This document shows positions 1-9,341 of a stretch of 38,487 nucleotides of DNA, piece after piece. The DNA is from Myxococcota bacterium (GTDB lineage Bacteria; Myxococcota_A; Polyangia; Polyangiales; Houyiibacteriaceae): NCBI GenBank assembly GCA_039201085.1, contig JBCCRV010000002.1, positions 1 to 38,487 on the forward strand, in the 5' to 3' direction. A program made the position numbers and the translations under genes. The notes below the pieces were generated by a model. That model made no database searches, was not told where the DNA came from, and saw nothing but the letters and a program-made list of their open reading frames with translations. The number at the start of each line of letters is the position of its first letter. Within the stretch, counting starts at the first letter, position 1.

Positions 1-2
1 AC

Positions 3-1598
3 GCCGCCCGGCGATGCGGACTTGAAAGCACTCCCGCGTCGTCGTCCACCCTTGGCGGACACATTGCGCGCGCCTGCTGCCTACTCGCCGGCGGCCAGCT
101 TGAAACCGGTCTTCGGGTGCTCTCCGCCCTGGAGCAAGCGAAGCCGGGCGCCGGCTGGATCCGTCACTGGGCCATTCCAGGATTTGAGGGCGTGGCCAAC
201 GGCGGAACGAACCTCAATCTCGACGTCGCCCTTGGGGCGTTGATCTCCGTGCTGCAGACCTCGCCGCCGTACCCCATGGCCAACGCGACGGACCGCGCCC
301 TCGCGCACCGATGGGCCTCGGTGGCCCTTGCCTTTGACCGCCGCCCCATGAGCCAAGGTGAAAAGAACGCGATGGACATGCTCGTCCCCGGTCTGCTGCG
401 CAAAGCCGGCCGCTTCAACGAAGGCCTGCAGCGGATCAAGGGCAACCCATCGGCCTACCACCGCAACGTCGCGCTTGGTGCGATGCTCCGTGACGCGGGA
501 GATCCGGACCGGGCCGTGGATGCGTACATCAACGCGTTCAACGCGGACCGAAGCCGCGTGGAAACGCTACTCGATTCGGCCGACACTCGGCTCGACCAAG
601 GTCGCTTCAAGGACGCCTTCGAGGTGTACTCAATGGCCGACAGCCGTGCGCCGGGCAATCCGTGGGCCGAAGCGAGCCGCGACTACGCGGCGTGGAAGAT
701 GGGCACGGGTTCGCTCGACCCGGTCCTTCAGCTCGCCCGCCGCGGAGAGCGCCGCGCCATTCAGCTCCTTGGGCGCGAATCGCCCTACGAGGGCAAGATC
801 CCGGAACCGACGGATGCCGCGGTCGGTGCGCTGCGGAACACGCTTGCGCAAACGTCGCCAAGCAAACTGCAGTCGAAGGTCGTCGACATCACGTCGAGCA
901 ACGTGGAGTCGCCCAGCAACGCCGTGCTCTGGAAGCTGATCTGCGGCGCGGATCTCAAGTTTAAGTGGACGCGCGTGGCATCGCCCGACCCCCGCAAGCC
1001 ACTCGAAACGCTGACGCATCCCGTTTGGAAACTGGAAGGCGAGCAGCTCGTGCCGGCCGTGCCTCCGCCCCGCGCCGACGTCGTCCACCTCGTGACGACG
1101 CTGAGCGCCGTCCCCTTCGACGTGAGTCGACTTTGGGCGAGCGCGAGTCACCATGCGGCCACGCTCGACGAGCCGTTTGCTCGCTCGCTCTTTGGGTGCA
1201 TCTGCCATCCGGTGGCCTTGCCCCCGGGTCGGCCGCTGTCGGACGCCTTCCGGTGGGTTCCGCACGTGCAGCTGACCACAGCGTTTCTACTGGCAAACGT
1301 CGCGCCCACGCAGCCGTGGTTCACGAGCTTCCGCCGAAGCGCGCTGCTTTCGCTTCTGCTGGGTCCAATGGACTGGAGCACCAGCGCCGCCATCGTCGCA
1401 TGCGCGCGGGTCGCGAAGGAGGATCCAACGGCGCGCACGGAGATTCACCAGTACTTCTCGCTGCTGCTCTCATCGATGACGCCGGATGCGCCCGTGTGCT
1501 GGAAACCAACGCTCGTCTCGGAGTGGCTTTCGCTTCCGGGGCTTACAGATGAACTGCGCGCGATCCTGCACCGCCTCGAATCGCAACGTGCTGCCTAG
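3..1598 (+). CDS. hypothetical protein, 5'-partial; the reading frame is open to the window edge. The middle looks helical/TPR-like.
   Basis: The frame of ORF 117..1598 has no stop back to nt 3, and its listed start is only a GTG. High GC3. The stretch NVALGAMLRDAGDPDRAVDAYINAF...QGRFKDAFEVY looks like a helical repeat. I recognised no family. Confidence 0.6.
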   Translation, partial: AARRCGLESTPASSSTLGGHIARACCLLAGGQLETGLRVLSALEQAKPGAGWIRHWAIPGFEGVANGGTNLNLDVALGALISVLQTSPPYPMANATDRALAHRWASVALAFDRRPMSQGEKNAMDMLVPGLLRKAGRFNEGLQRIKGNPSAYHRNVALGAMLRDAGDPDRAVDAYINAFNADRSRVETLLDSADTRLDQGRFKDAFEVYSMADSRAPGNPWAEASRDYAAWKMGTGSLDPVLQLARRGERRAIQLLGRESPYEGKIPEPTDAAVGALRNTLAQTSPSKLQSKVVDITSSNVESPSNAVLWKLICGADLKFKWTRVASPDPRKPLETLTHPVWKLEGEQLVPAVPPPRADVVHLVTTLSAVPFDVSRLWASASHHAATLDEPFARSLFGCICHPVALPPGRPLSDAFRWVPHVQLTTAFLLANVAPTQPWFTSFRRSALLSLLLGPMDWSTSAAIVACARVAKEDPTARTEIHQYFSLLLSSMTPDAPVCWKPTLVSEWLSLPGLTDELRAILHRLESQRAA

Positions 1599-1623
1599 AC
1601 CTGCCTACACCGCTCCGCCCGCG

Positions 1624-2751
1624 CTACGCGTAGCGAAATCGAGCCACCCGCGAGCTCGCTCCCGAGTCACCACCAACATCACCGATAAAGATCTGGAACT
1701 GCGGGTGACTCAGGTCGCCGTGAATCAGGAGACCCTGGGGCGTCGGTTCAATTCCGAAGCCCTCGCCTGGCTGAAAGAGCAGTGGCGAAGATGTTCGCGA
1801 CACCACCATCAGCGTTCGGCCGTGGGGCAAGCGTCCCCGCAGGGCATCGCGAAGCTTGTGAAACTCGCGCCCGCCAGGGATATCGATCTCGAACGCATCG
1901 CCCGTATCCCGCCAGGAGACGCCCAACATGACGGCGGACTGGGCGCTTCCCTCGCGCGCAGCACGTGCCGCACAGCGCTCACGGAACGCGGCGTTGGCCA
2001 TCGCACTCGGTCGGTCGAGGGCGCTGAGAAGGAGCGGTTCGTCCTTCGCGTACTCTTCCAAGAACGACTCGCCGAACCAGGTCTCAGCCCGATCGAGCTC
2101 GAGCTGGTCCACGCCGACAAATCGGCGTACCTCGATCGCACCGTGTGGCGTCGAAATCGACGGCAACGCCGGATCGCGCCCCACAACCAAGCCGACGAGA
2201 TCGGTTTGGGGCATCATCGCGTGGTGCTCGGGTTGAAAGGCCGAACAGGTGATCGGCGCGTGGCAGGGCATCACGTCGCCGACGATCAGGTCCTTTCCCG
2301 ACGAGAGCACGTAGCGCGCCATGTGGCGAAGCAACGCGTCGGCCCAAGGGCTGGGATCGGTACCTGCCGGCAGCGCGATCGAATACTCGTGCTGCATACC
2401 CTCGCGAAACGAGCTCGGCGAAAGAACGTGGCTGAACCCGTAGGTGACCAGCAAGGTATAAGGCGTTGGCCCCGGGACGGACACGATTCCGACGGACCAA
2501 ACGGGCGGGCCCCCGGACATGAAGTTCACGATGCGCCGAGGATCCATGGCGTGCATCACTTCGCCGCCGAGCGACGAGAGTGCATTGTCCATGATGGTGA
2601 CGACATCGTCTCGCACCGGCCGGTCGCTGCCGCCCTTCAGTTGCATCTGGTAGGACACGACCTTCGACCCGTCGGGGTTGGTGCGAACCTCAGGTTGAAT
2701 CGCCGGAGCGGGTTCCGCTTTCTTCTTCTTTCCAAACGGCCAGAACGCCAT
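1624..2751 (-). CDS. SUFU-like (suppressor-of-fused domain) protein with an extra C-terminal region
   Basis: ORF 1624..2757. I prefer the ATG at 2751 because GAGGTG lies just upstream. The core pattern PYTLLVTYGFSHV...HEYSIALP...PWADALLRHMARYVLSSG...GDVMPCHAPI...GAIEVRRFVGVDQLELD matches my recollection of bacterial SUFU (PF05076) proteins. Confidence 0.55.
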   Translation of the reverse strand: MAFWPFGKKKKAEPAPAIQPEVRTNPDGSKVVSYQMQLKGGSDRPVRDDVVTIMDNALSSLGGEVMHAMDPRRIVNFMSGGPPVWSVGIVSVPGPTPYTLLVTYGFSHVLSPSSFREGMQHEYSIALPAGTDPSPWADALLRHMARYVLSSGKDLIVGDVMPCHAPITCSAFQPEHHAMMPQTDLVGLVVGRDPALPSISTPHGAIEVRRFVGVDQLELDRAETWFGESFLEEYAKDEPLLLSALDRPSAMANAAFRERCAARAAREGSAQSAVMLGVSWRDTGDAFEIDIPGGREFHKLRDALRGRLPHGRTLMVVSRTSSPLLFQPGEGFGIEPTPQGLLIHGDLSHPQFQIFIGDVGGDSGASSRVARFRYA

Positions 2752-2845
2752 CGCCACCTCGCGCAGACGCTAACGACTTGGCGCCAACACAACAATAGGC
2801 TCCGGGCGCTAACTCCGCCTCGAAAAATCCCGTAAGGTCGGCTCG

Positions 2846-3559
2846 ATGCCGCTCTTCGAATCGCTGGTTGTCGTGCACGTCATCGTCGGAACGGTCGGCC
2901 TGCTCGCTTTCTGGGTGCCGATTGTGGCCCGTAAGGGCGCGCGACCGCACCGACGCTGGGGTCGTGTGGCGTGCTACGGCTTTATTGGCGCCGGCACCCT
3001 AGCCATCGCGATGGCGTTGCTCTCGCTCTTCGGGCCGGAGGTGCGCATTCCCGAGATGACCGACCGGGACGCCTTCAACGGCCTGCTCGGCTGGATGATG
3101 CTCTTTCTCGGCTTGTTGACCATCGGTTTTGCGGACTACGGAATCGCCGTCGTCAAACACAAGCGAGAACACGCCCGCCTTCGCGCACCTCGCTATCAAA
3201 TCGTGATCGCCTCAGTCGTGATCTCGGCGCTGTGGTGCGCATGGTTTGGCTTTCAAATCGGCGAGGCCACGATGATTATGGTCGCCGCCTTCGGCCTCGC
3301 GGCCATGACGACGCAGCAGCTTTTCATTTGGCGAAGAACCGTCCCGCCGCGCGCGTACATCGAGCAGCACTTCCGGGCGCTCCTCGGCATGGGCATTTGC
3401 GCCTACACCGCGTTTCTCTCAGTCGGTCTAATTCGGCTCGTGCCCGAGCTGGTCTTCAACCCGATCGTATGGGCGGGCCCGAGCGTCATCGGCGTCGGCT
3501 TGATCCTCTACTACACCTTCATCGAACGCCGGAAGAAGCAGAAGGTCGCCGCCGCCTGA
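2846..3559 (+). CDS. polytopic membrane protein, unknown function
   Basis: ATG start. About 6 hydrophobic segments (VVVHVIVGTVGLLAFWVPIV, GFIGAGTLAIAMALLSLF, WMMLFLGLLTIGFADYGIAV and others). Basic C-terminal tail RRKKQK. Confidence 0.65.
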   Translation: MPLFESLVVVHVIVGTVGLLAFWVPIVARKGARPHRRWGRVACYGFIGAGTLAIAMALLSLFGPEVRIPEMTDRDAFNGLLGWMMLFLGLLTIGFADYGIAVVKHKREHARLRAPRYQIVIASVVISALWCAWFGFQIGEATMIMVAAFGLAAMTTQQLFIWRRTVPPRAYIEQHFRALLGMGICAYTAFLSVGLIRLVPELVFNPIVWAGPSVIGVGLILYYTFIERRKKQKVAAA

Positions 3560-3595
3560 TCGGCTTCGTGAGTCCCGCGTTGCCCAACGCAGGGA

Positions 3596-4183
3596 TCACT
3601 CCCCCTGTGGTGAGGCACTCGATCGCAATCGCAGAAGCACCGCCGTAACGCCGATCATCCACCCCGCATACACGGCGGCCACCGTTCGCTCGTACGCACC
3701 CTGCCACGCATCGGAAATAAACAACGTGAGAGGGATCAAGAGCATCCAAATGGCAAGGGCGACGGCGCTCGCCCGTCCAAGGGGCATCGACAGTCGTGCG
3801 AGCCCCGGCCGAAGCACAGCGATCACGCATCCCTGAAGGCTCGCGACGATCCACAGGGGCACCTTCGCCGCCGTGGACGCCAAGGTCACCCCGTCCGTGA
3901 ACGCGAAGTACCACGCGAGAAAGATCACTCCCGCGCCCGTGGCGACGAGCAACGTTCGAGCGAGGCGCCAGAGCCGCCCGCCATCAACGTCCCGTATGCC
4001 ACGAGCGAGCGCGATATGCGCGAAACCGAAGAGCACGAGCTCAAGTCCGTGAAGCCAGGCAAGCTCATGTTGGCTGAGCTGGCTGATCGTGGTGGCTGCG
4101 GGGTCCAGACCATTGACTGCCAGCACGACGACGTGAAGCAGCGGCGTCAGAAGCGATCCGATGAATGCAAACCTGACCCACAT
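3596..4183 (-). CDS. DUF998-like integral membrane protein
   Basis: The ORF 3596..4201 starts at a TTG. An in-frame ATG at 4183 is preceded by GAGGA. About 6 TM segments and a TTISQLS motif near the first loop, as in DUF998 proteins. Confidence 0.55.
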   Translation of the reverse strand: MWVRFAFIGSLLTPLLHVVVLAVNGLDPAATTISQLSQHELAWLHGLELVLFGFAHIALARGIRDVDGGRLWRLARTLLVATGAGVIFLAWYFAFTDGVTLASTAAKVPLWIVASLQGCVIAVLRPGLARLSMPLGRASAVALAIWMLLIPLTLFISDAWQGAYERTVAAVYAGWMIGVTAVLLRLRSSASPQGE

Positions 4184-4379
4184 GAGATCCTCACGCCGCA
4201 AGAGAGCCGCAAACGCTGCGCATGGTCGGAGCCTAACGCAGTTCAGTGCCCTGCTCTCCTATCTGCCTGTCCGCATATCGCAACTGCCCTTGCGCCCGGC
4301 TACGGCTGACAGTCGAATCATCGCCAGAGCTAAGGCGAGATCAGTGGAACGTTGGGGCCACGGGTGCCAGGAAGCGCGC

Positions 4380-5240
4380 ATGAACGACCTACAAGGCGCG
4401 CTCGATGCGGCCGATCCCTTCGCCCAGGTGCGCGAAAATCTGGATGCGATGCAAGCACTGGACCTCGAGGGACTGAGTCCGCAGGCCAGCTTGGAACGGA
4501 TTGCCGTGGGCCTGAGACTCGCCCAGGAGGCCCTCGCGGCGCATCCGCGCTCTGGCGTATCCCCGCTTGCGGTGCTGGTTCAGCTGGAAGCGGCGTGGCT
4601 CAGGGCGGAGACCGCCCGCGTTAGGCGGGACGACGACGCTGAGTTCAAAGCGCACATGGAAGATGCGCTCATGCGCATCGATCGGGCACTCATCGCGGCC
4701 CAAGGACTCGCCGCGCCGCTCGTGGAAGTTCGCGGCCTTTGCATGCGCGGGGTCATACTGGCGAACCTTGGTCAGCCCGAATCCGCTTTGTCGCACATGG
4801 ACGAAGTCATCGCAGTTCTTGGGCCGCACGTCGCGGCGATGGAAGAGCAAGCGGCGCGCATCGGGCCCGAGGCTGCAGCGCTCCTGGATCGGCACATCCA
4901 CGCGCGCGACTTGCTCGCCGACGCCCGCAAGGCTCGGCAGGAGCTGGCCCCGATGGTCGCCGCGATGCGCGACGTGGCCACAGAGCTCGAAGCGGCCCTC
5001 GACGCGGCGAGTCAGTCGTCCGACCCACGGGGAACGTTCGAGCGCATGCTCGCCGACGGCGAAGAGGACGACCTATCCGCGGCTCTGCCCCCAATCGTGG
5101 TTGGGCTCGTACTTGCTGTGCTTTTGGCTTCCGCGAGCTTCCTCCTTCTCAGCGGATGGATGAAGTGGTCGGGCGTGGCCATCGCGGGTCTGGTCGTGTT
5201 CTTGTGCATTTCCGCGATGCTCCCGACCAACGAGGTTTAG
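4380..5240 (+). CDS. helical protein with two C-terminal TM anchors, unknown function
   Basis: The ORF 4161..5240 would overlap the divergent neighbour, so I take the ATG at 4380 (MNDLQGALD...). Ala/Leu/Glu-rich helical body, then PPIVVGLVLAVLLASASFLLL and VAIAGLVVFLCISAML. Confidence 0.55.
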   Translation: MNDLQGALDAADPFAQVRENLDAMQALDLEGLSPQASLERIAVGLRLAQEALAAHPRSGVSPLAVLVQLEAAWLRAETARVRRDDDAEFKAHMEDALMRIDRALIAAQGLAAPLVEVRGLCMRGVILANLGQPESALSHMDEVIAVLGPHVAAMEEQAARIGPEAAALLDRHIHARDLLADARKARQELAPMVAAMRDVATELEAALDAASQSSDPRGTFERMLADGEEDDLSAALPPIVVGLVLAVLLASASFLLLSGWMKWSGVAIAGLVVFLCISAMLPTNEV

Positions 5241-5277
5241 GGGGCGTCGGCATTCGCGGTTCGTTTCGAGGTCAGAT

Positions 5278-8200
5278 CTACGCATCGAACTCCCAGCGGC
5301 GGCGTTCCAGTGGGAGGTCCGCGCCCAAGCGCGTCAGCTCCGCGTCCGCACCCTTTCGAAGCGCTTCCGCTTCAGACGTGGACCCCTTCGCTTCAAGGAG
5401 CGACGCGTGCGTGAGCTGCGTCGTCGCTCGCTCGTACGGGTCGAAGGCTTCGGCTTCAAGGAACGGTGCGGTGCAGGCGATCGCGGCATCGAGCGAACCC
5501 GCCCCCACTTCGATCATCGCGGCGATGCGCGCGATGTGCTCCGCGTCCCCAGGGTCGCCCTGCGCCCTTGCGGCGCGTAGGGCCTCGCGCGCCTCCGCAA
5601 CTGCGCCGCGCGAGAGCGCAATCCGCGCCCGGGAGAGCTCGGTTTCACACGGCAGCGGTGTTTCGCCGCACAGCGACGCAACCGCGCTCGTCCAGCGCTC
5701 CGCGTCCTCGATGCGCCCATCGTGCACAGCGATCATCGCGAGGTTGTTCGCAGCGACGACCGCGGCACCTCGCGCACCGTGACGCACCGCAAGGGCGTAG
5801 GCGTGCTCCGTATGCGTCCTGGCGGTCGCCAACGCGCCGCGATTGGTGAAGCACACCCCCAGGTTGATGTTCGCCCGAACCTGGCCGTAGATATCGCTGC
5901 CTTCGGTGGAGAGCTCGAGGTCTTGCCAGTTGACGCGGAGCTGACCGTCCCAATCGCCGGCGCGCAGGTAGTTGGCGCCAAGGCGACCGCAGAGGGAGGC
6001 TTGAAAGGCCGGCGCCGTGATGCGCGACGCGATGCGCATGGCCTGCCGGCCGAGCTCAATGCCCTCCTCGTTCCGGCCGAGGCGATAACCAAGAAGCCAT
6101 CCGAGCGATGCGTGGCAGCTCGCGCTCTCCATCGGGTCGCCTTCCGCGCCGATGAGGTCGACGGCCCGCCGCAGGAGCGCAAGCGCGTTCCCATTGTCGC
6201 CTTGGTCAAAGGCGGCGCGAGCCTGGAGGCGCAAGAGGCGCGCCCGCAGGACGGATCGCTCCAACTCGACGGCTTCCGAGCCAAACTGCGCGAAGCGTGC
6301 TTCCGCGTTCGGGTTTCCTTGGTCGCCGTACGCCGCCGCGAGCTCCGCCAGCACGCGCGGCCGGTCGATGCTCTCCACCGAAGGCTGGGCAAGGGCACGT
6401 TCGAGATAGGCGGCCGCCTTCGAACCACGTTGGGCGCGCTGCGCCAACATGCCCGCTTCGGCCCATGCGAAGGACGCCGTATCCGGCATTGCGAGCCGCT
6501 CCGCCAGCACCGCAACGCGCGGCAAATTGCTGGCAGGCGCGTCCCGGCTGCAGCGCGAAAGCCAGCGAAGGGCGGATAAACGCAGGTCGGCGTCGGGGCG
6601 AAGCCGCGCATCGGCCCACGCATGGAGCTGGGCCGAGGGAATGCGCATCCAGCGCTCATGATGCGCACACGACCATCGAACAGGCTCGACGAGGCCGCTC
6701 CGCAGCAAGGGCTCGATGTTGAACGTTTCGTCGATTTCCACGGGAGCACGCAGCGGGACATCGGAGCTAAAGGCGGCGATGGCGGAAAGCACTTCCGTCG
6801 CTGCGTTCGGAAGTTCATCAAACTCGGCGACAAGCGCCTGCGCGCGCAGGTCCCAGAGGCTCCCTGTGGGCGCGTCTCCAAAGCCACCGAACGCGTTCCA
6901 GACGCGCGCCCGCGCCTCTCCTTCGAGCTCCGTCAGCGGAACGTTGCACGCCCCTTCAAGGGGGGACGCGCGAACCAGGAGGAGCGCAACGGGCGCGTCG
7001 GTCTGCAGCAGGCTGTCCAGCACTTGGAACGTCAGCTCATCGACGCCCTCCGCGTCGTCGACGAATAGAATGGTCGGCTCGCCGCCGATCAACTGCTGAA
7101 CGACCTCGAGCGCACCCATGACGGCGGTGCGCGCGTCGCGCGATGGCCCGGCGCCGAGGAGGCCGCCGATCAAGGCATCTTCGCCACTCGAGCCGTCCTC
7201 GAGACCAAGCGCGTAGATCGAGCTGTGAAGCCGTTCCGCAGCGCGCCACACCGGTTCCTCCGCGGGGGCGCCGGCGAGTCTGGCGGCGATTGCGGCCAAC
7301 CCCTCCAGCGGCGGCCCCGCCATGTCCCTTCGTCCCTCGATGCGCACGGTGCGCGCAAAGCGCGCCAGCACTTCCTCGGCCAGCCGCGTACGTCCCGTTC
7401 CCGGCGCCCCGTGCACGACGACGTAGCGCTTCGCGGCCGCTTCTTTGAGCTCCGCGCTCACGCGTTCGACGAGTGCATCGCGCCCCACGAGCGGCACACG
7501 CGTTTGCGTTGGAAGGACAAGGGCGGACTCGGATGCGGCATCGACCGTATCCGTCGCCGCGAGGGCCGTATGCACGGTGATCAATGGCTGGTGCGTCGGC
7601 CGCGAAGCAGGCACATGCGACGTGAACGCCGTTTCATTCGCAGCCGCGGACCATGCTCGACCGGCCAGGGCGGCGCTGGGAAACCGCCGCTCCGGGTCTT
7701 CGGCGAGAAGCTTGAGCACCACTTCCGCCAGCTGCGACGACTCCAGCTCGCCGTAGCGGTTTCCGAAGTGCATCTTCGGCTGCATCGACAGGGTCGACGT
7801 GGTCTTCACGTCTGCATAGGGCGCATACCCCGCCAAGAGTCGAAAGAGGACCGCGCCGCACCCGAATAGATCGGACGCGGGCCCCAACAGCGCGCTTCCT
7901 CGCGCCTGCTCGGGGCTGAGGTAGCCGGGCGTACCGCTGACCGTTCCCAGTGCGCCGTCCGGGCTGCGCTCGTTTCGCGCTTTCGCTAAGCCGAAGTCGA
8001 TGAGCCTCGCAGTTTGCTCCGCCAAGAGAATGTTGGACGGCGAGATATCGCAGTGCACGACGCCCGCGTCGTGGGCGTAGGTGAGCGCGTCGAAGAGGGC
8101 CCGGCCCACATTCACAATCGCTTCCAGGCTCAGCTCATCGGCCACCGAGTGCAAGGTTGGGCCGGGCACATACTCGTAAACCAAGAACGGTCGGCCGCCG

Positions 8201-8457
8201 AAATCCCCGCTGTCGAGCAGGGGTACGATGGCCGGATGACGTAGCCGCGCCGCTAGCGCCGCCTCCCGCCGAAACCAGTGGCGCTGAACGGACCGAAGGG
8301 AAGCGTGCGCGATCTTCAGCGCGCCCCGTTCGCCGGACTCCATGTGTTCCGCGAGGAAGACCCTTCCAGCGCCGCCCGCACCGATCGGCTCGCCGCGGCG
8401 CCACTGCCCAAGTTGGACAGGGAGCTCTTCGTCATCCTGGGAGTCCGAAAGGGCCAT
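5278..8457 (-). CDS. Ser/Thr protein kinase fused to a STAND/AAA-type NTPase and a TPR-like C-terminal region
   Basis: Hanks kinase motifs: GAGGAGRVF, ALKIAH, HCDISPSNILL, DFGLAK, GTPGYLSPEQ. Walker A is VVVHGAPGTGRTRLAEEV and Walker B is ILFVDDAEGVDE. A long helical-repeat tail follows. ATG start at 8457. Confidence 0.9.
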   Translation of the reverse strand: MALSDSQDDEELPVQLGQWRRGEPIGAGGAGRVFLAEHMESGERGALKIAHASLRSVQRHWFRREAALAARLRHPAIVPLLDSGDFGGRPFLVYEYVPGPTLHSVADELSLEAIVNVGRALFDALTYAHDAGVVHCDISPSNILLAEQTARLIDFGLAKARNERSPDGALGTVSGTPGYLSPEQARGSALLGPASDLFGCGAVLFRLLAGYAPYADVKTTSTLSMQPKMHFGNRYGELESSQLAEVVLKLLAEDPERRFPSAALAGRAWSAAANETAFTSHVPASRPTHQPLITVHTALAATDTVDAASESALVLPTQTRVPLVGRDALVERVSAELKEAAAKRYVVVHGAPGTGRTRLAEEVLARFARTVRIEGRRDMAGPPLEGLAAIAARLAGAPAEEPVWRAAERLHSSIYALGLEDGSSGEDALIGGLLGAGPSRDARTAVMGALEVVQQLIGGEPTILFVDDAEGVDELTFQVLDSLLQTDAPVALLLVRASPLEGACNVPLTELEGEARARVWNAFGGFGDAPTGSLWDLRAQALVAEFDELPNAATEVLSAIAAFSSDVPLRAPVEIDETFNIEPLLRSGLVEPVRWSCAHHERWMRIPSAQLHAWADARLRPDADLRLSALRWLSRCSRDAPASNLPRVAVLAERLAMPDTASFAWAEAGMLAQRAQRGSKAAAYLERALAQPSVESIDRPRVLAELAAAYGDQGNPNAEARFAQFGSEAVELERSVLRARLLRLQARAAFDQGDNGNALALLRRAVDLIGAEGDPMESASCHASLGWLLGYRLGRNEEGIELGRQAMRIASRITAPAFQASLCGRLGANYLRAGDWDGQLRVNWQDLELSTEGSDIYGQVRANINLGVCFTNRGALATARTHTEHAYALAVRHGARGAAVVAANNLAMIAVHDGRIEDAERWTSAVASLCGETPLPCETELSRARIALSRGAVAEAREALRAARAQGDPGDAEHIARIAAMIEVGAGSLDAAIACTAPFLEAEAFDPYERATTQLTHASLLEAKGSTSEAEALRKGADAELTRLGADLPLERRRWEFDA

Positions 8458-8596
8458 CGCAGTCTCGCTCCCACTCTATCGAAGAAGGGTCGCCTTGGGT
8501 GCAATGGAAGGGCCGAACCCGCGCCGAATCCGTGCCGAATTGAAAGAGCGCCGGCGGCGCACCGCGCTCGGCCTGCGCGCTCACGCCGGTTGGCAT

Positions 8597-8660
8597 GAGC
8601 GCGACAGTCAACGAGCGCGACAGTCAACGAGCGCGCTGGTGAACGAGCGCACCGGTACGC
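8597..8660. repeat. 4 tandem copies of a 16-bp unit, GAGCGC-N6-xxAAC. The first two copies are identical (GAGCGCGACAGTCAAC).
   Basis: Read directly: units at 8597-8612, 8613-8628, 8629-8644 and 8645-8660. The array lies between the SDR stop (8664) and the kinase start (8457), roughly 140-200 bp upstream of the kinase ATG. Confidence 0.85.
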
Positions 8661-8663
8661 GTG

Positions 8664-9341
8664 CTACCAGTTTTCCGTATGGGGACGCAGGTCGAGCTCG
8701 AAGGTCCAAGCCGATCGATCTTGCTCCACCAAGTAGTGCGCTGCCTTTGCGATGGAAGCGGGGTCCATGCTCTCGATCTTGGCGTCGGTCTGCGGTTCGC
8801 TGACGCGGCCGTCGAGAATCATCAGCGCTACGTGAACGCCCTTGGGCCCAAGATGGCGCGCCATCGCTTGAGCAAGACTTCGCTGCGCCGCCTTGGCGGG
8901 TGCAAAGGCCGTAGTGAAGGGCTTGCCGCGAAGCGACGCCGTGGCGCCGACGACGACGATGGCGCCATCACCGCGCTCCACCATCGAGGGGATCACCGCT
9001 TGACTCGCCATGAAGGCACCGAGCGTGTTTACGCGCCAAGCGCGCTCGAACACGTCCGCGTCAAGCTCTTCGATGTTGCCCCACGTACCCGAGCCGGCGT
9101 TGTAGATGAGCACGTTGACGGGGCCTAGCTCCGCTTCGATCGCCTTGAACACCTCCTGAACGCGCGCCTTATCGGTCACGTCGCAGGCGTACGCCTTGCC
9201 GCCGAGCTCCTGCGCAAGGGGCTCGCTCAAGTCCGTGCGCCGGGAGAGAAGCGCAACCTGATAGCCCTCCGCTGCAAACCTTCGAGCGAACGCTTCACCG
9301 TTTCCCGGACCGATCCCGCACACCACGCATACCTTGCTCAT
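8664..9341 (-). CDS. short-chain dehydrogenase/reductase (SDR) family protein, atypical active site
   Basis: ATG at 9341 is preceded by AAGGAG. It has a Rossmann motif (CGIGPGNGEAF) and an NAG motif (IYNAGSG). The YxxxK position reads FAPAK, so Phe replaces the catalytic Tyr. Confidence 0.85.
   Translation of the reverse strand: MSKVCVVCGIGPGNGEAFARRFAAEGYQVALLSRRTDLSEPLAQELGGKAYACDVTDKARVQEVFKAIEAELGPVNVLIYNAGSGTWGNIEELDADVFERAWRVNTLGAFMASQAVIPSMVERGDGAIVVVGATASLRGKPFTTAFAPAKAAQRSLAQAMARHLGPKGVHVALMILDGRVSEPQTDAKIESMDPASIAKAAHYLVEQDRSAWTFELDLRPHTENW

Noticed and set aside
1486-2835. 449-aa plus-strand ORF
   Set aside because: It is a shadow ORF opposite the SUFU-like gene, with an Arg/His-rich, non-protein-like sequence.
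5733-6887. 384-aa minus-strand ORF in another frame inside the kinase gene, plus several plus-strand ORFs at 5722-7869
   Set aside because: They are overlapping alternative frames of the 1059-aa kinase-STAND-TPR CDS, which carries all the recognisable motifs.
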